Part shown: in pieces, positions 38,201 through 52,334 of the stretch
Numbering within the stretch: position 1 is the stretch's first letter
Layout of the letters: each line of letters begins with the position of its first letter
DNA from: Styela clava
Taxonomy: Eukaryota
DNA: 64,000 nucleotides
Reading direction: 5' to 3'
NCBI RefSeq assembly: GCF_964204865.1
Contig: NC_135260.1
Location: 21,390,001 to 21,454,000, forward strand
Position numbers and translations under genes: made by a program
Notes under the pieces: generated by a model
Databases searched by the model: none
What the model was told of the DNA's origin: nothing
Seen by the model: the letters and a program-made list of their open reading frames with translations, nothing else

Positions 38201-41200
38201 AACAAGTCATGAAAAATTTCAATCAACCTCTAGTACTGAAAGTTTGAAACCTATCGTTAGGGTGGTACTAATTATGCAATTTTCCTTTTGAACATTTTAG
38301 ATATTCTGCAATCAAATAAATAATATTTTAAACATAAAGCCAACGATCCAACCATTTTCATCTTGTTATTAATAAATATATTTTCTTGCAGAAATCAGAC
38401 TCCATCTCAGACCTGCTGAATACATTGACTGTGAAACATACCTAGTGTTATTTTTTGTATGTATTGAGGATAAAGAAAGCACTTGCATGATATGAAAAAG
38501 ACAACAACGTCTTATAATTACAGGATGACAATTATTCCTCAAAATGTTAGTACCTATGGCTATGTGGTAAAATTGAAGAATAATATTTCTCTGTAGAGGG
38601 GTAAGTTTTCTTTAATCCTGCTGTTTTTATTACTCAGTGCTGTGATTTGTCGAAAATTAAGGCATGCCTGTAAAGGTTCAAATTTCAAAAATACCTAACC
38701 CAATACGAGTTTTTGTACTTTAGGTGTCAAATTCAGGTAGTCAGTGTTGATGTAGCTTCCAGCTATTTATTGACCCTATTTTATCAGGGTGTAAGATTCA
38801 AACATTTCGCAATGCGCCAGTCATTCTAATTATCTAATAGAAAGGATGGCTTACACATAGCCATAACGTGACGATCCAACTCTGAGCCTTATATTTAAAT
38901 ATTTACAGTTAATGTCTATAGCAGCTATTCCCAAAGGGTGTGCCGCAAAAATGAACATAATTTTGTTGAACATATATTTCACCTTTTTATGTCGTTTATT
39001 GTTGAGTAACAATAGAGGCAAACACTACATAATAGACAGTCAATGACACGGGTCTATGACTTTGAATATTTTTTTCCCATCAAATACCAACAAAAGGTAA
39101 AATTAATTAATAACATTGCGACGGAAGATTGCAAAAGTCAATCAAATATGTCTAAATTGCATATATTAATGCTTAACAAAGCATACAAATAACCGATGCA
39201 TATTTTATGTTATGCAGGAGCTGTAGGAGTTTTTCTGAATAAGAGTGACGACCTGCTATTTCCTCACTAACTAGAATAACATCAGCTTAGTGCTTCTCGT
39301 ATTCGTGAGTCGTTTACGGAAATATTGATTCGTTTGGATGCTTTGATTGAATTTCAGGAGGTGAATCTCTCGAAGAAAAATTATTCAAGAGTATTCAAGA
39401 CTAATTGAAACGAATAAATATAACTTGGAACATTATTTTAAAATTGATGCTCAGATCAACAATGCACTATAATATTGGTTTCCATCGTCGACCTTAGACG
39501 AACATGACAACTTGGAGGAGGGTACATAGAATTCTTAGACCAGCAGGAGCAGCATTTAATATTCAGAAAAAGTGCGTCATCTTCAATTTTTTATAGGTCA
39601 ATGAAACTTCTTTATATGTAATAAACAATACTACCGACATTGTAATGAATGATATCGTATATTACAAGTCGTCGTGAGTGATCATGGTGAGTAAAATCAA
39701 GATATGCTTCGACTTCATGCTAATTTGATATTTTTTTCTCATGATATAATTGGGTTCTGGAGTTTGTGTAAGTTTGTAACACTGTTTATTCACATTTAGA
39801 TTCAAAAGAAGACAGCAATAAGGAATATATTCACGAAGTCAGTGTTGGAAGCGATCCTGAAGAACTTAATGATCAACCATCTACAGCTCCGTCGAATAGA
39901 GCTAAAATAACAAGAAGAGGTCTACCTAGACGACTGAGAGGTGCTAGACAACAAACTCCAGCTGATATTGTGACAAGAAAATAAAGCGAGATGTTACTTC
40001 CAATAGTGATATGGCCCAAAAACCCAGTATAACTTTCGAAATCAAGGTTGTGGGGGTAAAAAAATGCCGCCATCTGATAGATCGAATGATTATTTCAAAC
40101 TCTTTTTAGCGAGGAATACGTAACCATTATAGTCGTGGATAGATACCTTTTGACTGTTGGTCCGATTCGCAGTATCTATACCATGACTTGTTTGCAAATG
40201 CAATTTTCCAAAGTGGACTCCAGGCCATTTTCCATACAATGCTTCAATGTTGTGATATCTCGAAGGACAAATGGGGATAAAATACAGTCCATCATCAACT
40301 GTCGTACAAAAATTCCAACATTTCGTTCCTTATCAACAGTTCTCGACAGACGAGGATATGATAGGGTATAAGGTATCTATTTCAACAATACAACCCGATG
40401 AAGCCAATAAAGTGGGGACTCCTTGCTAAAACATTGGCACTGCCAAGACTGGATATATATTGAATATTGTTATGTACTTCAGTAACGGGGGGAAAGAAAC
40501 AATCGAAAGCTTGACTAAAATTTCATCCACAGTTGTTAGGCTCTTTCAACCCTATCTTAGCAAAGGGAACCAAGTATTTTGTGACAGGCTTTATATGTCA
40601 TTGAACTTGGCAGATGATCTACATAAAAAGAAGACATATCTGACATATCAGAAAAGGCGTCCCTGCTGAAATCAAATAAAAACCAACAGCCTGATATCAA
40701 TGCGGAGTTGCAAGATTATGCTTTAAACTTTACTGACAAAAAGGCCCCCACGATGATCTTCATTTATTATCGTGGAGATGAAACAATCACTAAGGACGTA
40801 AAAGGGCTCGATCAACACATTTTACAAATTTAGTAGAAAGTCTGTTAAGTGGTGTAAAAAGTTGTTTTTTTGGCTCATAGAAATATGTGTAACAAAGAAG
40901 TGGTCCAGGCCGGCTGAAGAGACCAAATTTATTCATTTGCTTTTGTTCATTTGCTTCAGCAGAGACCTTACACCCGATCATGTGGAAGTTGGGAGAGGGG
41001 CAACGCAGCGGAATCGACGATTCCGATCGGCATCTGCCCTCCGTGTGCGAACCGAAACAAATACGATTCATGTTCAGTAATTGTTCGGGTCTGGGCAAAG
41101 ACGTAAAGAATGAACTTTTGCAGCAACGGCATAATGGACGTACGCAAAGACACGACATTTTATTGTCAGTGTAGGAAAGCCTGGGCTTCATTCTGGGCTT

Positions 41201-42080
41201 TTCCCATTTTCATCTTCATAGTGGAGATAGTCGGTAGGTTTAGTGTCATTGTGTATATAAATCATTTGTAAACAAATGCATCGTTTCTATGTTATTCAAT
41301 GTATGTATTTGCTGTTTTGTACTGTTCTGTACTGTCATCATTGCACTATTGTACATTGTACTAAAGTCATTTTCATATGTGATAATTCGCTGTGTATATA
41401 TCTACCTTGTCATTGTTTTTGACGTTTCTATAGTGTGTTATTGATAGTTTTCGCAGATCCAGGTTTATGCAGATTTTGGGGTACATGGGGAAATACAGCG
41501 ATATAAAGGAATTAAAGTATGACAGAACAACGGTAACAAGCTCGGAAAATATTCAGCAAACGAATAAGACAAAGACCAGACAATCACGCCACGAGCATTT
41601 TCAAATTAAAGATATAAGATAATAAATTGAATACAAATACGAAAATATTTAAACACGTATATTAAGCAAAGCCCACAGATGGAATAAATTATTTTTTCAA
41701 AGGCGCTGATTTCAGCAAACAAGAGATAAGGCTCACAAAGCCATAACTACTCTCGCGAGCAACAAATGCTATTGTTTCATGAAATGTGTTTTGGAAGTCC
41801 CAAACTATCTTGAAACTTGAAGCAATTGTTTTGGCTGTGAATATCGAATTTCAAAACAATACGCCGCTTCTTTTATAAAATCTTTCACTCTCACTAATTT
41901 CTCTTTCTTTCCCGTCTCCGCCCCATAAAGTTTTTGTTTACAGTTTGTATATACAGTATAAATGTGCTTGATATAACAAATTATGAATATTTTTCATCAA
42001 TAGGTGATATAGCAATGATATTGACAACACTGCCTTCATTAAATAATTTAATTCAGAAATGAGATAGATAATTATGAAAT
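35269..42080 (+). repeat. Segmental duplication block B, copy 2
   Basis: Collinear with 18336-25402 at an offset of ~16.7-16.9 kb. Confidence 0.95.
39800..41220 (+). pseudogene. piggyBac transposase pseudogene, duplicate copy
   Basis: Same lesions as 23130-24545, with private changes (DEDM vs DESM, MKPIKWG vs MKTIKWG, DRLY vs DSLY). Confidence 0.9.
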
Positions 42081-45000
42081 GTCTGACATTATTTCATGCA
42101 AAGCTGCAAGACAAAGTATTGACAAACGAGCTAACATGGATCCATATGTTGTAGGGGTAATCGGCAATGGCTATTTGTTGAATGCTGTGGTGATTCCGCA
42201 TTTCACTCTGCGAAGCAACATGGACAATGCCTATTCGATATTCAAGAGAGAAAGTATCCAACACGTTCCACATCATTTACGGACATGGACATATTGGTGA
42301 AGACTCGTTTTTTTTACAAGACCGAGCTTTCGCATGAATGACCCAGAAGTGGAAGCTATCATCACAAGCATTGCAACTTTTGGTATCTTCAACATGTCGC
42401 TAGAACATTTTAAGAGTGTACATAGAGAATGTATTACAAACAAGCAAACCGCTCAATCTGGCGGTTTTTAAAAAAGCGGGCCAGTTCAGTTTCGAATTGA
42501 AATAATGCGTACCTGCAGATGGTGCTCACTTGTATTCACACGGTGATGATGCTACCAAGAGGGGTTAGAAATCATAACGCTAAACTGGTCGGAGACGCCA
42601 GTTATTCTTAGCAGGTAAGCACCCGAAATACTAACAAATATGATTAGCTACACAAATATTGCTTGCGTGAAAATGTTACTGTAAAAAGTCGACAACAAAA
42701 AATATCGAAAACGATATTTTGACATATTTCAAGACCACAACAAAAAAGTTGGCACAACTAACAGCGCCCAACTAACAGCGCCTCTTATCCAACATCAACG
42801 AACCAACCAACATTCCTCGTTGGTTTCCCCAAGTAACTGTGTAGAAAAATGCGTGTGTGTCTCTGCAATTTCCCGATGAACCATCGTAATTGACAATAAC
42901 CAGAAAATAGGTCGAACTTATAAAATAGCCGGGGACAATTAATTCAGTACATACAAGTGTTATGAAACGTCATATGAAGTCATTTTCATGTTTATTTTAA
43001 TTTTATTGCCACTGTCGAGTTAAGGCCAAATTTTGCAGGCAACAGGGTATATTCCACACACCAACGAAGGAAGTATTTGTAGGCCCAATGACATCCAGTT
43101 GATTGAATTTCGGATATACTCTTGAAGTTTTAGACGCGCTGAGACGAGTATGCGGTTATCAACGTAAAGATGCACCATGTTTGGGGGCTGTTAATTAGGA
43201 GATAGCTACGTCTCTCCTTCGAAGGTGCTCAGAGATGCACGTTCCAACTTCCAATATGATGCAACGAGTATGTAGATTTTCCACAGATACTATTTATCAA
43301 TAAACCAAATAAGGTAATTTGGAAAACAAATTAGCTCTGTATACTGTAATTCTTTCCAGGTACACTTTCTCACTCTTTAAAGGCGTTAAAATCGGCTATA
43401 AATTACAAAACATTTCAAAATCGAACTCTTAGCATATTAGTACGTCTAGACTTGGCCATGGATAATGCATCTTATATCCAATTTTGATTTCGGAAACTTG
43501 AATCTCAGACAAATTGAATAAATCGCAGCAACTTTACAAAGCGATATTTTACACTTATTGCACAATGAAGACTATTCAATTACGGCAAAATGCCTCATTC
43601 AAAGCGCTACATCATTAATATACGAGCTGTATAGCTAACTCATTGTGAAACGAAATGTATAGAATGTCTAGTTGAAGACAACTTTGTAAACGCCTTGTCG
43701 TTTTTAAATCCCATTTTATCGGCGTTGTAGGCTAGCATGGCATATAGGTATGTTTTGGGGCATTGTATTGATTATGTTTTTCATTACAACAGAGCTAGGC
43801 AATATTAGGAACCCCGATCGGCAAGCTGAGAAGACACCGAAACTGCTTTGCCTACCCATATCCCCATGCAGACAAACTGCGTCTTTGAAAGGAGTGAGTA
43901 CACCAACCGTTGACGACCATAATAATATCAAGTGCACAAGCCGGCGGTGAATCAATCGAGGAATAATCGAAAGCAGTTCGATACCGATCTAAATAAGATC
44001 AATGACAAATCGTAAGAAATCCAAGAAACCAAAGAATATGTGACGACAAAAATAAAAACACTGCTATATTGAAAAAATGTGCATAAAACAATCAGACTAA
44101 TCGTACAGCTTCAAATCGAAAAAAAATGTTAAAATTTAGTCAGACGTCTTTACAACAAAAACAGATGTGAAAGTATTGAACGCAACGTAGAAACGCAGAT
44201 TTTCCTAAGAACAACGCCCGCGACTTAATACCGAGAAATTGCGGATTGTTGCAGTATTAATTTACGTTAAAAATACAAAATACTATTTTAAAACAATCCT
44301 ATTACAAGTAAGCGCTCTTTCCTATTTGTATAAACGCATGTAGAAGTCGCATTTTTATTTTCGAACGCCAAAAGAAGCTTAGTTATCTTTTGACTAATTA
44401 ATATTGCCAACACGGCACATTTAATATTTCGAACGTACGTGTATAACAGCAAAGTATTCAGATATTATTGAAATTAACAAACACTAAATCTTTTTCTTTT
44501 GAACACACGCACACACCCTGTTTCATCTCTTACGTTTCTTTGAATTTGCTTTATTCAGTATATTTTTCTACTTTCGCTGGACTTTGTGCAAAAACATATT
44601 TCTGTCAAGGTGATGAATAAAAACCTTCAAATTATCATTTACAGATCTCCAAAACATTCCCCAAAATCAATATTTTCACAAAATGCGAGAGGTACTTTAC
44701 TAAATGCTATGTGCCTACTTTTTACGTTAAAAGTTCATAATACAAGGAGTTCATAATACTGGAATTTCTACAGGCCCTTGTCACATCAGTTTTAGCATGA
44801 TTTATTAATGTTTATATAATGTTATTTTACGACAAATTTTTTAAAACTAGTTTTTTGCTTTCTATTTCTATGACTTTTTCTTTTCTCCATTTTTTTCTTC
44901 TAATTATATAAAACTACACTTTAAACTGTTTTAGTATGCTATCTTTCTCATTTTATTACTTTTACGTAATATAATTTTTTTTCTCTAACCCATGTTCTGT

Positions 45001-45424
45001 TAATTTTTCAGTTCATATAATATTTAGTTTTTTAAAACACTTTGATAAAAAAATACTACAAGACTAAATTCCCACAAACACTGAAGATATACTGAAAGTA
45101 AGTTTTATTTAATATATAAATATATATATAACTCAATTTACATTTTGTTTCAATCAATGTGCGAAACGATTCCATCCCGTAAAAGATTTATTTCGCGTCC
45201 ATAACATTTACCGATCTACGGACTACGAGGGGGAGTGAAAGAATTCCAGTCATACATACCTCACAGAAATTTATTTTATACATATATGTGTGCTTCTAAG
45301 CAGTGATGTGTTTTTACTATCAATGAATATACTAAACATGAACATGCTCAAATCTCTTAACATTTTGTTGATAAGTCTCAAAATATTTCGAAACAGTTGG
45401 TTAATTACAGTCAAAGCAATCGGA

Positions 45425-45535
45425 ATGATCAGGTTAGGGTTAGTCTGTTATTTTATTCCAATTTTCCTTGTTTTAGTTTTATTACGAAGTCGGAGACTGA
45501 CTCCCATAGTATTTGCACCTGAAATTTACACTTCT
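45425..45535 (+). mobile_element. Internal fragment of the GG-ended MITE family
   Basis: CAGGTTAGGGTTAG...TTCCAATTTTCCTTGTTTTAGT...CTCCCATAGTATTTGCACCTGAAATT aligns to ~60154-60258. Confidence 0.6.
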
Positions 45536-48384
45536 GAAGCGCCACTTTTTCTTTGTTTATAATACAACACAGGAACCATCCAATACACGATTGCGTAGAT
45601 TTTTTTCTCACGGTTCGTTTTATTAGCTTTCACGTTAACTCCGCCTGCCAATAATTTATGATAAACAACTCATTAGTTTGTGTGGACCCACAGTCTGCGT
45701 CACAATATATAAAACTTACGTACAAAATGACAAAAGGTAATAAACCCTAATTCCTAATGTTATACACCCATTCTCGAAGGAAGTGGGATACAGAAAAAAA
45801 TTCAACCAATGCTACAAGTTTGAATTTATTTTTGCAGCTTTTCACGACGAATATTTGTGCTAATCTGTAAAATAGCAACTCCACACCGATTGAAAATAAA
45901 AGTTTCTAGAGATGTCCCAGCCTGGAAACCCAATGCAGATAAAATGAATGCATTCTTGAGCTTGATTATCATCGTGGTAATCAGGATGTCAAGATTAGCT
46001 ATGTACTGACAGACAAAAACAGGTTTACACCTAGCATAATTAGGTCAAGGAACTGCTTTACAGCTTTGTGAAAATATCCTCACTTTTGTAATGAAACCAA
46101 AGCCTGACACTTTTAAACATCTGTATTATCGTCTACTATTCTAACAAGCTTAACTGCTCAAAACAACGGCAAAACGCGCTAATACAAATGTTTAAAACAC
46201 ACTAAAATGGACGGAAAAAAGTTAATGTAAAAATATTTTGATAGATTGTTCTACTCCCGATCAGGATAAAATAAAACCAGAGGAAACGCATTTCTACGAC
46301 CCATACGAGTCAGCGACAATATTGCACAAGTATATATACTCGAACAATTTCCTTTCGGAATTAATATTAGGTCTAGCCTAAACAGAAACATTTGTATTCG
46401 TTTGGAACTACAAACTACAATAGTTTGTTTTAGCGATATGGCGTCAAAAAATTATTGTGTGGCTTTATATGGAAATGTTGTATGTAGACTCAAAAAGAAG
46501 CAAGTAAATTTTGCAATTACCTCGACAAACAAAAATTATATCAACTATTGAAAAGCAATAAATGTATCACAACAAAACACTCGATAACATGAAAAATGCT
46601 AATCATACTGAAAGTCTGTCTCTCCAGATTAAAGAGTCACGCCCGTTTGATTCTGTCCGCTTCGGAGTGTAAAATGAAGTATGAAGTATAAACATGATGT
46701 TCACGCTATGTTTTCAAGTTTTCCGACTTATATGCGGCTACGATATATAGGGAAATGGCTTCATCTAGATCGAATTCAAATACAACACCTAACACTAGAA
46801 CCGCACCTGCAAGGTAGATTCAGAAATATAACTACGAGACAAAAGCTTGTTTTACGTTTGAAATGATAGCAACGGTATGCTAATGGGATTGAGGTTACAT
46901 TTGCAACTACTGGTTTTGACCTCTGTTCTCCCGTGGTCAAACGATTTTTGCCTCTTTGCACTTCAAGACGACTACATGTGGTATTTTGCAGATGAGGCGA
47001 TGTTATAACTCAATGAATATTTGACATTGTAAAATATATTCTTAGTATGTTATGGTCGAGCGCTAATTGGAAACCCGTTTGTGTAAAATAGGCAATCTTC
47101 TATTATTTTAGATAACGAGTGCAAAAGAGATGATCAGGAATAACTAAATATTATTTTCTGGGTCGACGGCCGCATATGAGTATGGGCAAGAGCCCGCAGC
47201 CAAAATATTAAAGCATATTCTAGTTTAATCTTTTTCAGAAGAACGAATCAATAGAATCATGCGTGACTGTAATATGAAAATCGAGAAATCGCCTACAACT
47301 GACATCTCCTTAAATGGTTCTGTTCAAGTTGAAGCCGAAGTTTGAAATGACAATGCACGTAGTGATGACTTGACGGAAGATTTCAGTTGCGTGTCTGGTG
47401 AAACAAGTAATTCAAGCAATTCAAGATCAGAAAAGGGATATTGTAAGTGCAAACGACCATCCAACCAGATTGCTATCAGGCCCCAAATGTTGGTTCGAAA
47501 CTTTGATCAATAATGATTGAAAAATCAGTTTTAATTTAGAAATTGGATTGCAAAACAATTTTCCCCGGACGAGACGGAGACGAAACCTTCAACTATTTAT
47601 CCCTAACCTCTGATTATTTTAAAGATGTTGCTTCCATAGAACCAATTCAAAGAGCAATGGTGATACTTTGATAGAAACTAAGACAGGATAGAGTCTACAC
47701 TCTACGACAATACAAGATTAGACAAAAAGACCACCTTGTTACAGGAAAGTCAGTTTATTATATCCTACGGACGATGAACCAGACTTATAGGAAGTTCTAA
47801 ATAAATATTATCATAATCTAACGGTATGTTTTATTTAGAAAAAGAACAAGAATTTATAAATATTACATAACCGTTTATTTTTAAACGTCAGTCTTTTAAA
47901 TTATTCTTTTAATCCAGGGTAGCAATTTTAAGGTGATGTAGATGTTAAGGTACAGGACATAATATTGTAAGGTATCATTGATAAGAATCCTAAGTATTCT
48001 TATCCAATTCTTAAATTTTCGATTCCGATTCCGAATCTCGATTCCTCGTCTATCTTACCGAGAAAACCTATCACCTAAGCAATACCATATGAAATCAAAG
48101 AGAGCGATGTTCAAATATATGGACGGACAAACGGGCCAAAACTAAGTAGATTGGTATCCAATCTGTCACAGGAGACAAAGTCGCACAAAAAAATCCCTCA
48201 GAACCCAAAAAGAGTTTAGAAATAAAAAAACGTAAAAGCCTTCTAGCGAAATATATATGTATATATAGTAAAGTTTGCGATGTCGTAGCAACTAACATAG
48301 TGATAAAGAAGTTTATACATATATGTGGGGGACTGGTCACAAAACTTTACACATTGTTTGCAATCCAAATTTTAACCTCTAGTC

Positions 48385-49187
48385 CAGTGGTTCCCAAACT
48401 TTTCAGAGTTGGGACCCACTATTTATTAACACAGCTTATGGCGACTCACTTAAATTATGACATAACACAGAACACAGCAATGGCTAATCATTGCAAAACT
48501 ACCGCGTTTCCTCGAAAATAGCACCTGTCCTGAAAATAAGATAATTGAATTTTCAAAATGATTTTAATTAAACCCTACCCTTAAAATAAATTTAAAATGT
48601 GTGGGAGAGGAAAGGTTCATTGGCCTGAGGCAAGGTGAAGATCACACCACTATTCAAGATCGTGTGATATCACAAATATGATATTTGTTATTTGATTTTT
48701 GTATAAGAAATACAAATAGAAACAATGGCTGTTGGTTTTTATATAATGTTTAGTAAAAAATCTTGTGATTTTTCTACAATGTGATTTTATTTTTGATAAA
48801 TGAACACAAAAGACCTCTTCCAAAAACAACCATAGTGATTTTATTCGAAAAAAAAAAAAAAAATTTAAATCCTGTCTAAATTTCGGGGAAACACGGTAAG
48901 AAGTGCTGTACAGTGTACGGAACTGCTATGCGTAAAAAAGCCACATGGTCATTTTTTGTGTAGCAAACTTTCCTTCCTTTGAAAAGATCGTAAAAAGCAA
49001 ACTTTCACAGATTAGAATTTAAATTAAATTTAATTTCTTTTGTTATTTTGAAGATTTACGTATTCCAGTCGCTACCGATCCTAATAACCAGTATAATTAT
49101 CCAAAGCTTTCTACATCTTTTCACGGCCCACTAAGATTCCTTTTGCGATTCACCAGTGAGTCGCGACCCATAGTTTGGGAACCGCTG
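48385..49187. mobile_element. Non-autonomous hAT (Charlie/Buster-like) element
   Basis: TIRs CAGTGGTTCCCAAACT / AGTTTGGGAACCGCTG; 8-bp TSD CTCTAGTC / GTCTAGTC (7/8 match). Confidence 0.88.
48502..48896. mobile_element. Tc1/mariner-pogo (Tigger-like) MITE nested in the hAT element
   Basis: TA|CCGCGTTTCCTCGAAAATA ... AATTTCGGGGAAACACGG|TA: imperfect TIRs with a TA target duplication. Confidence 0.8.
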
Positions 49188-51847
49188 GTCTAGTCGATTC
49201 CGCGAAGATTCGATTCTGTAATCGAATCCGGACACGATTTCGCCATCCCTAATTATTGAACATATCTTCGATTACAGAATTATGCAATATCAGGAAAATT
49301 AGAAGGAAACGTATTTCAAAATTCCTATTCGCATTACGAACATTTGAGTATAGATAGGGTACTAGAGCGGCAATACACACAATAGTCTCTGCTGCAATAT
49401 AAGTTATACTGCAAATTCATTGCTTATTTTTTTAGTACATAATGGAATATATCGGTTCAACATATAGTCTGCCATTAAAACTGCTTTTCCAAATCATACA
49501 GTTACAGGTAATCTTTGTCACCCAAATAGACTCAGAACTAAATATTTTATTCAATTGCCAAGAAATTGTAAGTAGAGAGACACCCCAAACCATTAAGCAA
49601 TGCTCTGTTACAGTACATGAATTGTCCTCCAATTATACAAATCTTTTTATATATTTGTCGAAAATCAGGGACTAAATGGTTTAGTAATTGTTTTTTCTCT
49701 GTGGTACATTTGAGTAAACCGAATATTCTATCATGATAGACCAATCCATCTGTTTATATTGTGGAGATTGGGTACGCACGTTTAAAAGCAGATAAAATTG
49801 ATGATTCGGAAACCACTTACTACTCGAAATAAGGCAAGAGTAACTTATGGTCGGACATCCTCTGGACATAGACGGGTGATTAAAACTGACAGGGTTTTAG
49901 AGGTAACCGATAAATTGACAGCGTATGCAGTATCAATCATTTGGAATGACATACTGAAAGTATTCTAACTACTAATACCATGCTCTTTTCTAAACATTCT
50001 AAACATTACCCCTGTAAGATACTTAGTCAATTTCTAGGTGGGAACAACATCTATCACAAAAGGTGATATATCAACCGAAATAGTTGCTAACGTATAAAAG
50101 TTACCGTTATTAAGAACCTCTTTTTACAAGGTTAATATGCTACCAGACTTTCAGTGCACTTTATTGACAATAGCAATGACACAGTCATTCCACAGGTATT
50201 TTCGAATGTAGAGGCTTATGAGGGTATCCATTTTTTTTTAACTTTCACGCCAGGTCGTATATTTACTTTCAAATTGATTCTATAAATACGTCGATATCAA
50301 CAATATATCGTGATCAATCAGTCATGTTTACCTTACTCGAGAACGAATATTAAGTGAGCAAATCTTACCTAATACAGATAGCACACCGACACTGATATCG
50401 GTGCTATCCCACATAAGGTGAAAGACTACTTACCATGCCCTCTTTCATTAAAACGTCAAGTTTAACAGGTATTTATATTCTTACTTTGCATTTATCTCCC
50501 CATTTTGCCTGCTGTTTGGACAGTCTATTTTATCAAAATACATTTCCCCTAAAACTGAGAGAAGGAATTTCTTAAATACAACGGCTTAGATAATACTAGG
50601 CTTCTTGCAAGTAATAAATGATCACCCCAAACTCTCGTGCAAACCAATAGACAAAGCCAAGGCGATCAATTTTTATCGAATATACAATTCCTCATTAATG
50701 AATATTTTTACTTTATCTTTATACAGTATTAAATTTTATTCTTTATTATCCAGTCAAATTACACGAAGACAACACGTCATTTTCACTTTATCGGTGAAGC
50801 TTTTTTTCTCTGGGAACGCCAGATTAACCCAATTCGTGCGATAATAAGTGTAACAAAATTAATCTTGATATTGCAATTATGAATCCCGTTGAAATATTTA
50901 TTTACTGTTTATTTATTATACTCGCACAGAAAAAAAAAACCTATACATTCCGTTATGTTCTCAATGTTAATCAAAATAGAATCGATATGGGAGTGTATAC
51001 ATTGTATTGTGCATATATTATCGGAAACTGCAGTGAAACTCATAGGGTGTTTCAATTTGAGAGATGCAGAAAGACAAGATGAAATTAAATGTAGGAAACC
51101 TAAAGTTCAGTATTTGATGTAGAGATTAAGACAAATAATCAGTTCTACTTTCGGTAGCGTCATTATCAAAATATACCAGGTAGGTATCAGTATGACGGAT
51201 GCGCGTGGAAGGCAAGAAAATATAGTCTGGTATAGTAATATAAGAAAATATAGTACAGGGACCGTTTAATAACGAAGAGTTCGTTCGAAGATGCTCGCGC
51301 CTATACGATCAACAATGTTGCAATGGGTACGGAATATGTAGGTATTTCGCAGATACTAGGTATTGACAAAACGTGAGCGAATCGTGCATTCTATATGTCG
51401 GTTAAAGGCGAGTGCTGTATATTATTAGGTCTATTCATACTCTGGCCAAGCTTAACAGATAGGCGCGGCTACAGGTGCCCATTGGATCACTAAACACAAA
51501 TTAGGTTTTAGCTAAAAACTTGTCGCCGTGAGTTCGCTTTACAACTGATTTAAGTCGTTCCAAGTAAGCACATTCCAAGCGTAATGCAATACAAGGTTGA
51601 TATCAAAATGTTTGAAAATCGTAAACGGAGCACACGTACAAGTCAAATACGGTAAATGCTAAACTTGAGCAACCAACAGCTCCGCACCAGGATAACAGCA
51701 TCGTTGCCATTGCGCGCATGAGAAATAAAAGCAATCTAACACTACTAAAATACCACTAAAACACTACCCTCAACAAATTTTGCCTTATCGCCCTCAACAA
51801 ATAATAATAAACTTGAATCTTATCCTAGTAATATGGTGTTTACTCAT

Positions 51848-52334
51848 CTTGTAGGTCCATTCTTCAGATTCATCGTTCATGCATCAGCAATTCTATAGAC
51901 AGTGTATCTTGAAACCCTGAAATGAAAACACGGCGTACTATATTATAGTACTCTTATCAATAACATAACACAAGAAATAAAGGATATTTTACAACACTTA
52001 GTGATAAATAATACGAATAAAATACATACATGTCACGAGAAGTTCATCGTCGTACCTCGCTGAAGTTCTTGTTTTCACCATTCTGTAGAACTGCAATGTT
52101 TTTTCAAATTCCTGGTCCTGACATGGAAAACAAGTACGGCTATAAAATCTTGTATTGTTCTGTGAAATTTTAGGCAAGCATATTTTATAAATATGTATAA
52201 AATAATACGTATAATGAGTATGAAGTATAGAACAAGTATAAAATAACTACCTTTACATGTCAATGTCTGGAGCAAACGGGGAGCACGAACGAACGTCTGG
52301 AGCAAACGTGAACTCGACCGAAATGACCGTGCGC
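51848..52334 (-). other. Three candidate spliced (pseudo)exons: 52334-52251, 52117-52056, 51916-51848
   Basis: Pyrimidine-rich acceptors (CAACCTTGCAG, TTTTCCATGTCAG, TTTTCATTTCAG), donors AAG|GTAGTT and GAG|GTACGA, a mutated AAG|ATGAGT, and introns of 133 and 139 nt. The spliced frame contains stops. Confidence 0.3.

Noticed and set aside
42079-42450. Coding-like stretch right after block B copy 2 (similar stretches at ~22555-22910 and ~47280-47780)
   Set aside because: Stops in all frames and no family recognisable by eye; it cannot be called without a translated search.
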